Positions 54,475 to 64,000 of a DNA stretch of 64,000 nt are shown piece by piece; position 1 is the stretch's first letter, and each line of letters opens with the position of its first letter. The notes beneath the pieces are model-generated. The model saw nothing but the letters and a program-made list of their open reading frames with translations. It was not told where the DNA came from and ran no database searches. The stretch is taken from NCBI GenBank assembly GCA_043228905.1, contig JBHGNT010000010.1, positions 4,340,001 to 4,404,000 of the forward strand. The letters run 5' to 3'. The stretch is from Azolla caroliniana (taxonomy: Eukaryota; Plantae; Polypodiophyta). The translations under genes and the position numbers were made by a program.

Positions 54475-55504
54475 TTGAGGGAGTCTAATTGTATTCTAAA
54501 ACCTTTTTTTGAGAAAATTAAGGAATGCTAAAGCCTAACTATATAACTACCCGATCACTTAGATTAACTATATTATTTTCCGAAATTTTCCTAAAAAACA
54601 AATAATTAAAAAATATTTTTTATTTTAAAAGGAATGCTAAAGTCTTCTATATAAGGAGGTTAGAAATTTCATTTTCATTATCACGTTGTCGTAGTGTAGG
54701 TTGCACACTATGTGGAAATTATATTTTTGTCTCTCCGGATAGAGAATGGATTGCTCGGTGAGAACCGGAAGAAAACGGCATACCGGCAAGGAAGAAAACG
54801 GCATACCGGCAAGGAAGAGCCGGATAAAGAGACATAAATGTAAAAAGAAAGGAAATACTCACTACTGGGCAGGGCGTGATTTGAACTTTGCACCTCCACG
54901 TTGACAAACCCCAACCTTACCATTACATTAACTTTTCTTAAGTGTTTTAAATATAGATTTAATACGTATAAGACCTTTATTTATGCATACCTTTATTAAA
55001 AGGTAAATCGTGTATTTTTTTAATATATGAAAAAGAAAAACGCGAGACACTAAAAATAACTCATGCACATCTAGCGTGCATGAGCCCTATACTTAGGAAA
55101 TAAAAAAGCATCACATGCACATTTAGTGGGCATGAACATATTAGAAAAAAGCATGTATCTATGCTTAGTCTCTCCCATCACTATATAAGGATGGGGAGCA
55201 CATTGTAGTTTTTGTTGATTATTTGGATTAAGTATTAATCAATACAAAAATTATTCGTGGGATTCACGATTTATACATCTACTTCTCTCTTAACACCCTA
55301 AGTACCAATTAATATAGTATACTCGTGTGATTCACGAGTTTCTTATCTTTCTCTTTGCTATTTACTCATAATTAATCTCTATCTCACGAACTTCTTTCTC
55401 CTAGTCCAAGACCTCTGTGGTTCCCACCCGACTCACGCAACGATCCGGAGCCAAAAGGCACGACACAAGTTGGTGAACCCGACGTGAAAACGGGTGGCAA
55501 GGAG

Positions 55505-57546
55505 ATGGAGGCTCAACAAGCTAACAATATGATGGCGATGTTCGAACGGATGCTTCAAGAACAACGCACGATGTCGGAGATTTCGGCATCAGTATCTAGC
55601 GGCTCGTGCAACGCAACGGGCAATTTAATGGTAAGGATGTGTCGCGATATTTGCAGGACTACAAGGCGGAGATGCTCCGGTGCCGGGCTTCGGAAGGACT
55701 GCAAGTGACATCCTTTAACCGGGTGGCGACCGACGGGCTTCAAGGGAGTATCCACGGGTTGCAACAACAAAATCCGACGTGGGAAGCATTCGAAGAGGCG
55801 TTAAAGACCACGTTTGCCATCGAGGACTCCTCCAAGGCAACGCGGAGGGGATTCGAGGATTGGGTGGAAACGTCAGGTAAGGGGCTGAAGGTCCTCGAAG
55901 TGTTTTCGACATTCGAAAGTCGGTTCGGGAGGTTGTCCGCGAGAGATCAAACTATTCTTGCACCGGACAAAGTCATCATGTTTTTGCGAGCTGTGGACGT
56001 CCGGGACCGGAAAGATCTCGGAGTGCTTCTTGAGGACACGACCACCGAAAGCGGCCTCACCGAAACATGGGAAAGCGTGCGGGATATCGTCGCGCGGTAC
56101 ACGAAGAGGGGGCAATGGCTTGCCAACGAAGAAAAGAGGGTTTCAGAACCGATTCCGAAACCGAGAACGGGACTGGAAGACCATCAACCGAGGGCTCGGG
56201 AGATTACAGCCGAGAAGGGAGTCGACGCGTCTACGGTGGAGCAGTTGCTGAAGGAGATGGAGAATCTAAAGATCGCGATGGTGAAGAAGTCGGATGACCG
56301 CCCTACAAGCTCCAAATATACGGATCGACGGTGCATATGGTGCGATAGCGCCGAACACGATCGGAGGGATTGCGACGACCATAAGGAGGCGCTACGACGG
56401 GATCTCATCTACTACGAGGGAAACCGGATTCATTCGATGGACTCTCGGAAGCCACTCCGACCGAACTTCCGGAAAGGCGGCATGAAGAAGGTGCTCAAGG
56501 AGGAGTTAGCGGCAAGAAGCAACTATGCGACAACCGCGGGAATATGTGTCGGGGAGTCAACGGGAGCGAAGGCGTCTTTTTGGCCGGAGGTGCTAGGAAA
56601 CACCGAGAAAACCGACTCCAACGATATCCGAAACACCGCGGAAGGCGTCCGGGAAGCTACGGGATGGGAGTGCCCTGTCGACAAGAATAGCATATACGCC
56701 CTGTGTCAATTACATGAGGTGTATGTGGACGAGAAACGACGGCGCACGGAGGATGCGGCCGGACCATCGAAGATACCGGAAAGCTGGAACTCCGGAGGTA
56801 AGGGAAAAGAAAAGGCGACTCCGGCATTCAAGCTCGCCTCGGACATAGAACAACAAACCGACTTGAAAAGAGTGTTCGAGGAAAGAATCTTGGATAGCCG
56901 GGTAGATTTTTCGCTGCGGGAACTACTCGGAATAGCGAAGAAGGAGTTTCACGATCTTCTCGTGGATCTCGTGAAAAGGAAGAGACAAAGTACGGAGGAA
57001 AATGCTCCAAGGGTGAATGCAAATACCGTTTCAATGAACGACACCGAAGTGGAAGGCGAAATTCCGAACTCCCACTATACAAGGCCACACTGGGCACGTG
57101 CGACTACGGAGACTCCGGTCCGAATCGGCAACATCAAAGAACCCGTGCTAGCATTGATTGATCACGGATCGGAGATCAACTTGATGTCCAAGGAGTTCTA
57201 CCGAAAGGGGAAGTGGCCTATAAACACCAACCATGGATGGAAGATTCGGGCAGCCACGAAAACGACAGAAGACCTGTTTGCGGCTTGTCCGGATGTGACG
57301 GTAAAGATCGGGGATGTCGAAATTGACCAAAATTTCTTTGTACAGGATGAGGTTTCACATTCTGTCATCCTCGGCCAACCCTTTATCACGGCTTCACGGA
57401 TGGAGACGAAGGTGCTCGATAGTGGTGCGGCTTTTGCGCGAATTCGGAGCCAAAACGGAGGGAAATCCGTCCAATTCCTAACGGTGCCGGCAAATCACGA
57501 AAGGAACAAGAGGGAACTCTTGTCCCAAGTGAGAATGGATTTTTAA
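55505..57546 (+). CDS. Gag-protease, with one disabling frameshift near 55590
   Basis: CIWCDSAEHDRRDC zinc knuckle; ALIDHGSEINL protease; ILGQPF; ends MDF*. Confidence 0.88.
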
Positions 57547-60500
57547 AGCGGACTGTTGCGGAGTGGGGAAGTGATAGTCCGAAAAGCCCTGATACCCCAC
57601 ACAGGAAGAAACCTCTCGGAGCAAAACAAGTACGAATCGGCCCGGATGGGGCATCTACGTACACGGCCGTAACCGGAGGAATGAAGAAACAATACCGACA
57701 AGTGGAGGATAAGTTACGGTCGGCATCAATAATAAAAGAAGACGAAGAAATCGTGGGAGTGATCGAGGAAGTGTTCTATGGGAATACACTACAACGGCTT
57801 GAAGAGCTTGCGGAAGATAAAAGCCAAGGGAACCGGGTAGTCCCGGTGGAATCGGTCGAGATGTACGAGATCATTGCGAAAATGGAGCCGGATACGCTCC
57901 GCAAAGAAGAAGCAATGGTAAGTACGAAATACAAGACCGTGGAGAAGAAGGTGAAACCGGCCGCGGGACCACTACCCGCCGATAGCGAACAAAAGAGGAA
58001 AGAAGTCTCGGGAGATCCGACACTTCGGAAGTCCGTGGATATCGGACATGCCTTCACAGATGAGACCCGGAAGAAACTTCGGATCGGTGGAGGTGGGTTC
58101 CTCTTACAAGAAGAAGAAAAACGGTTTCGAGAGATGTTGGAGCAACACGGCAAAGCATTCGCGTTCACATCGAGGGAGATCGGATGCATTGATCCAAAGA
58201 TAGTGGAGCCGATGGTGATTTTCACGATTGATCATGTACCGTGGAACCTGAAGCCGATTCCGGTGCCACGGGCGCATATTCCGAAAGTCATCGACTTGCT
58301 CAAGGAGAAGGTGGCGATGGGGATTCTAGAGCCATCAAGTGCTCCGTACTCAAATCGATGGTTTACGGTTCCGAAGAAGAATGGGTCACTCCGATTCATC
58401 CAAGACTTGCAACCGGTGAACAAGGTCACGATCCGGAACTCGGGAGTCGGTCCGATAGTGGACGAATTCGCGGAAGCTTTTGCCGGACGTGCGATATACT
58501 CCATCGGGGACCTATACTCGGGGTATGACCAATTCCAACTAGCTGTGGAGAGCCGAGACATCACTACCATGCGGACACCGATAGGACTAGTTCGAATGTG
58601 CACACTACCACAAGGAGCGACAAACTCGGTTGCACATATGATGAACGCGATGAACAAGGTGCTTCGAGATTGCATCCCGGGGATAACGATGCCGTTTCTA
58701 GATGACATTCCGATGAAAGGATGCGCGGTGGAAGAAAAAGATGAGACTATGGATGATCGGGGATGCCGAAAGTTCGTGGTCGACCATATTCATGATTGCG
58801 AGAAAGTGTTGCGAAAGCTAGAAGATGTGCACCTAACACTTTCCGGGGAGAAATCGGCATTCGGGCAAGAAGAAATATTGGTGGTCGGACATCTATGTGG
58901 ACCCTACGGCCGAAGACCGTCACCAACAAAGATCGATGCGATTCAAGCTATGAAGGAAGTATGTGAGTCAACATCGGAAGTCCGAAGGTTTCTGGGTGCG
59001 TGTGCATTCTATCACATATGGATTCCGCACTATGCACATATAGCGAACCCGCTCTATCACTTGTTGCGGAAAGGTAAGAAATTCGAGTGGAAACCAGAAC
59101 ACACTAAAGCCATGAGGAAGCTCAAGAAGACACTATGGAGGGCGGAATCACTTAAGAAGCCAAGCTACGAGCGGCCAATCATAGTAACGGTTGATACAAG
59201 TCCAACCGGTATCGGGTGGGTCATCAATCAAGCCGACTCGGATGGTTCGCGGTATCCGATCCGATTTGGAGCAAAGGTCCTCAACGAAAGGCAACGCGGA
59301 TATGCACAAGTCAAAAGAGAATTGTGGGGAGTCGTGTCGGCGATAAAATCGGAGCTGAAGTGGTGATCGAGACGGATTGTCTTCCGATACTCGGGATGAT
59401 GCGGTGTTGTACGATACCGGATGTGGCTATGCTAAGGTGGATTGCATATGTCAAGTCACTTAATCCGGAGGTTCGACACATCTCGGGGAAGGACAACGCG
59501 GTAGCGGACATGTTATCGAGGGCGCGGTTTGAAGACGACATAACCGAATCAGATAATGAAGAAGTTTCCGAAGACTACTTCACGTCAGAACACATATGCC
59601 GAGTGAACGTGATCCGAGAATTCCGGGAAGAAGAATACGAGGGGGAAACCTTGATGATCGGGAAGATGCTACAAGAGGTCGAGGATTCAACCAATGATAA
59701 AGAAAGGAGAGCCGAGATCCGAAGGAAGAAGAGGCAAGTCCAAAAGTTCTTCTTGGAAAACGGTTTAATATGGAGGACGCCGAAAAGACCGGATGGGATA
59801 CCACTTCGAGTAGTCGGGACGAAAGAGCAACGAAACCGGATAATGTCCGAGTTCCACGAATCCGATTGGGCTGGACATCGAGGAACATGGGCAACTTTTG
59901 TGAAAATCAAGCAAAGATATTGGTGGAAGAACATGTATAAAGATGTCGCGGAGTTCACAGAAAGCTGCGAGAAATGTCAAGTCTACTCCGGGGTCCGACA
60001 CCGAGATGAGCTGCATCCGACATTCTCACCGACAATCAACTTCAAGTGGATGGTCGACATTGTAGCTATGCCGACCGGGATTGGACAAAAGAAATACTTG
60101 GTGTTAGCTCGAGAAGATCTCACAAACCAAGTTGAAGGTCGAGCGCTTCGGAGGAAAACGTGTGCCGCGGTGTGCCAATTTCTTTTGGAAGAAGTGTTTT
60201 GTAGGTACGGCTGCGTAGGACAAGTGATTGCGGACCGGGGAGAACTCGACTCGGACAAAGCTAGGGGATTCTTCGCCAAACATGGAGTTCGGTTAACGTT
60301 GACAACGGCCTACAATCCGGAGGCCAACGGGAAGATCGAACGAGGACATAGTCCGATCGTGAAAGCACTTGCGAAGGCATGCGACGGAAGGGTGAAGGAT
60401 TGGCCACAAATGCTTCCGTATGCACTATGGGCGGATCAGACGACGCATAGCTCCGTGACCGGTTACATGCTGGCAGAACTCATGACCGGACAAGCACCAG

Positions 60501-61129
60501 TAATGCCAACGGAAACCGCAATCGCGACATGGACAATACTACCGTGGAAGGAAGAGATGAGCCGGGAAGAACTACTAGCGGTCCGGATACGACAACTGGA
60601 GGGAAGACCGAAAGATGTAGCGGAAGCGTCACGCCGACAACAAGAAGCACGGTTCCGGAACAAAAGCCGGTTCGACACAAAGCACCGACTACGACCGAGG
60701 AGGATTGAAGAAGGAGATTGGGTGATCGTCTATGATAGTAGCTTGGACCATCAACATACAACGATGCGGAAATTCGCGAAAAGGTGGTTCGGGCCGTACG
60801 AGGTTCGGAAGGTCTTCGACAACGGGACGTACCGACTGTCCGAGTTGGATGGAACAATACTACGAGTGCCTATAGCCGGGAAGCGGGTGAAGATTTTCAA
60901 GAAGCGGACCGACGACAAACCTTATGTGATCCAAGTCGAGGCCGACAACGAGGAGCAATCGGACGAAGACCACAATGATGCGGGAAGCGAAGAAAGTGGA
61001 TTACAACTCATAGTCGAAATAAGGGGAGAATCGGAGGAAGCTTCGGATGAAGACGGATACGAAGAATCAAGAACTTCGGCACATACCGGAGGATGTGCGG
61101 GTTTGGAGGGGGCGAGTGTCGTAGTGTAG
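57540..61129 (+). CDS. Pol (RT-RNaseH-integrase), entered by -1 frameshift; one disabling frameshift/deletion near 59345
   Basis: LRFIQDLQPVN, DLYSGYDQF, LPQGATNSV, FLDD; VDTS...RELWG; H..GH..CxxC, IADRG, NGKIERGH, WFGPY; acidic tail, no chromodomain seen. Confidence 0.9.
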
Positions 61130-62136
61130 GTTGCACACTATGTGGAAATTATATTTTTGTCTCTCCGGATAGAGAATGGAGTGCTCGGTGAGAACCGGAA
61201 GAAAACGGCATACCGGCAAGGAGGAAAACGGCATACCGGCAAGGAAGAGCCGGATAAAGAGACATAAATGTAAAAAGAAAGGAAATACTCACTACTACGC
61301 AAGGCATGATTCGAACTCTGCACCTCCACGTTGACAAACCCCAACCTTACCATTACATTAACTTTTCTTAAGTGTTTTAATATAGATTTAATACGTATAA
61401 GACCTTTATTTATGCATACCTTTATTAAAAGGTAAATCGTGTATTTTTTTTAATATATGAAAAAGAAAAACGCGAGACACTAAAAATAACTCATGCACAT
61501 CTAGCGTGCATGAGCCCTATACTTAGGAAATAAAAAAGCATCACATGCACATTTAGTGGGCATGAACATATTAGAAAAAAGCATGTATCTATGCTTAGTC
61601 TCTCCCATCACTATATAAGGATGGGGAGCACATTGTAGTTTTTGTTGATTATTTGGATTAAGTATTAATCAATACAAAAATTATTCGTGGGATTCACGAT
61701 TTATACATCTACTTCTCTCTTAACACCCTAAGTACCAATTAATATAGTATACTCGTGTGATTCACGAGTTTCTTATCTTTCTCTTTGCTATTTACTCATA
61801 ATTAATCTCTATCTCACGAACTTCTTTCTCCTAGTCCAAGACCTCTGTGGTTCCCACCCGACTCACGCAACGATCCGGAGCCGAAAGGCACGACAACGTG
61901 AAAGAATCCATCGAGCTCAGAGCACAGGCCAATTTTCGAGCACTCAGAAGCACATCGTCGACAGCACTACCTCCGGCACGAACCATGAACAAGGGAAAGA
62001 AAATCGTCAGGTTAGTAATATTCTTTACATTTTTTAAGATTCCTAAAGATTCCTTAAAGATTCCTTTCCTCAACACATAGATATTTTATTTTATTTTGTA
62101 CAACGAACTTGGAAAGCAATTTTGAAAGGCAGGACC

Positions 62137-62196
62137 TTCAACCAAAATCCGATGCAGTGACCTTCAACCAAAATCCTGCATCGGATTTTGGTTGAA
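62137..62196. repeat. 21-bp perfect inverted repeat with a direct repeat in the loop
   Basis: TTCAACCAAAATCCGATGCAG ... CTGCATCGGATTTTGGTTGAA. Confidence 0.9.
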
Positions 62197-62357
62197 AACA
62201 ATGTTGTTTTTGCGATAAAAAACTATCGCATGGGACCATAAAATTGACCTAATTTAAATGATAATTTGCGTGATTTAGATAAAATTGTACGTTGTTTCTA
62301 TGTTTTCACCAACGTTTTTAATTTCAGTGAACCCAAACAAAAAGTTCCTTCATTTAG

Positions 62358-63149
62358 ATTGGAGATTCAATCTCCGACACGAGTAAAAAGATTTTATTTG
62401 ACTCAACGGGGGAAGGAGGATCCAAGTCATCTGTGGCTACTACCAAAATCAACAAAGGTAGTACGCAAGAGGAGAAAACGGTTGAGGTGAAATATAAGGA
62501 TTACCCCGAACTTGAATGGTGTCTCTCTTATGTCGAGGAGGATGGGGTGTTGTTATTGATAACGGCAAAATCGGACGGGGAAGGGAAACTTCAGCTTGGA
62601 AAAACATTTAATTATGGGCATGTAACCAAGCTAGAGTACGAAGACATTGATTCTACATGTATTTTAATCGACATCTCGAGCTCAGTTTGCGACAGGCGAT
62701 TGCGACTTAATGAGGGAAACCTAGTAACCGAATCTTGCAATCCCAAGGCTTTGCGTAAAGACCTGCAAACGAAAAATAACTTGTTGGTAGCTCTTCGGTC
62801 GTACGTGACAGGAGAGATGATGACCGGTGAAGCAGAAACTCCACCGAAAAAGTCTAGGAAGACAAATCTTGTTCAAAAGAAATATACTAAACGACCACGA
62901 CCCGAAGAAGAAGAAGAAGAAATATTAGAGTTCGTGGAAGAAGAAGACGACCAACAAGTTGACGTTGTCGAGATATTACGCAAGTGCGTGTGGAAACGAG
63001 GCGGGACCGCGGGGGTCTCGAACCAAAGAGCAAGCGAGGGAGGAGAAAGAGAGAGAACCGGCTACGCAGGACCGGGGATACACAGGGACACGGCCCTTCA
63101 GCACGGAGAACGCGAACAGACACCGACACAGACAGATGCGAATGACTAA
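62358..63149 (+). CDS. Hypothetical protein, possibly an accessory gene of the DNA transposon; 5' structure unresolved (possible exon from ATG 61985)
   Basis: ~260 open codons with NLS-like PPKKSRK/KRPRP and an acidic tract; TATA at ~54646 would sit upstream before the gypsy insertion. Confidence 0.45.
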   Translation: MGDSISDTSKKILFDSTGEGGSKSSVATTKINKGSTQEEKTVEVKYKDYPELEWCLSYVEEDGVLLLITAKSDGEGKLQLGKTFNYGHVTKLEYEDIDSTCILIDISSSVCDRRLRLNEGNLVTESCNPKALRKDLQTKNNLLVALRSYVTGEMMTGEAETPPKKSRKTNLVQKKYTKRPRPEEEEEEILEFVEEEDDQQVDVVEILRKCVWKRGGTAGVSNQRASEGGERERTGYAGPGIHRDTALQHGEREQTPTQTDAND

Positions 63150-64000
63150 ATATGTATATTAACAAAATGGCTAACACGACTACAACCCTCGATGGGGCAC
63201 AGGTTGGTTACAACCGAACAGGCCGGCGAACAGATGCCGATGCTTGTTCGCTTCGACGCACAAAGGGGCAGCAGGTCGGAGGTGCTGCCGGAAGCACTCG
63301 GGCGTTCCTCGAAATAGCGCGAGCCTCCTCGGGACCCTGCACAGAAAGCTATGGAGCTCAAGAAGGAAGGAAACAGAGAGAGAAGCGTCCAGAAACGGTC
63401 CGACAGCACTTCGTCCTCTCTTCGCGAGATCCCTGCAACAGCTCTTTCCTGCTCCTTATATAGGCCGACGAGCAGGCCGTCATGTCAGCTTTATTCCCTG
63501 TCCCTTTCGAACAGGGATCCGCTCCGTTCTTCACGCATCCGCGTAGTTACGCCGCCGACTCGTACAGTTCCTTAGCTCGCGCGCGCGACCGAAAAGACTG
63601 TTCGCGCGGTCTTTGTCTCCACTTGTGTTAGGGCCCGTTCCTGCCGATTATCCTCCTAATTCGCTTCTATGTACAACCTGGAGCGTGCGCGCGTGAAGAA
63701 CCGGTTCCCACGCCTTGGTGCGTCGATTCCGCTTATGGACGGTTTTCTTCACGACATCCGCCCCCACCTAACCGCGCATCCTCCGGTATGCGCCAAGAGA
63801 GTTGGGACGGAGAAAACCGGCCCGTCTTCATTCCTCGCCCGTCGGTTCTTCCTCGTTTTCGGATCGTTCGTCACTGCTGACTAGGAGAGCCGGGTCTGGC
63901 TCGTCGTCGTGTCGCTTCTTGAACGCTTTGATCCGCTTCCCTGCAACCGGTATCGCCATTCTCGTGCCGTCGAGTTCTGTCAGGTGATATGTCCCGTTGT

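Larger units (their letters stand above)
54687..61895 (+). mobile_element. Ty3/gypsy LTR retrotransposon, non-chromovirus type; 779-bp LTRs (54687-55465, 61117-61895); 4-bp TSD ACGT
   Basis: TGTCGT..ACGACA termini; PBS 55471-55488 TGGTGAACCCGACGTGAA; PPT GGAGGGGGCGAG; domain order gag-PR-RT-RH-INT; TSD at 54683-54686 and 61896-61899. Confidence 0.96.
47822..64000 (-). mobile_element. DDE DNA transposon (Sola1-like / DUF7869-type) hosting two gypsy insertions; far end not seen in window
   Basis: Sharp junction with the RTE fragment at ~47822 (CACTGGGTCATTTGAAAC...); contains the transposase below. No inverted copy of this terminus was found, so the extent beyond ~62 kb is inferred. Confidence 0.55.

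Noticed and set aside
61138-61353. Duplicated 71-aa ORF (also 54708-54923)
   Set aside because: Duplicated only because it lies in the LTRs; no coding evidence

Overview
Land-plant nuclear DNA, most likely a fern: the centrin N-terminus matches what I recall of the Marsilea centrin, and the TE types fit a seed-free plant. Five spliced host genes could be assembled by hand into open frames with GT-AG introns: an ACR (ACT-domain repeat) protein, rhodanese STR11, an organellar RAD52, an uncharacterised ~143-aa conserved plant protein, and centrin. The rest is nested transposable elements. At 24-35 kb a LINE is split by a full-length Ty1/copia element, whose gag is in turn split by a solo LTR. 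At 47.8-64 kb a Sola1-like/DUF7869-type DDE DNA transposon with a reconstructable ~890-aa transposase is hit twice by one young Ty3/gypsy family (one gag-only copy, one gag-pro/pol copy). That gypsy family is the most unusual system here: both copies have the same 4-bp ACGT target duplication, a tRNA-Trp PBS with extra tRNA-complementary U5 sequence, and an antisense tRNA-like A/B-box module in every LTR, where most LTR-LTR substitutions fall. The long copy also has a GGATTTT+pseudoknot -1 frameshift placed after the protease. All coordinates were read by eye and family names come from motif recall, not database searches.
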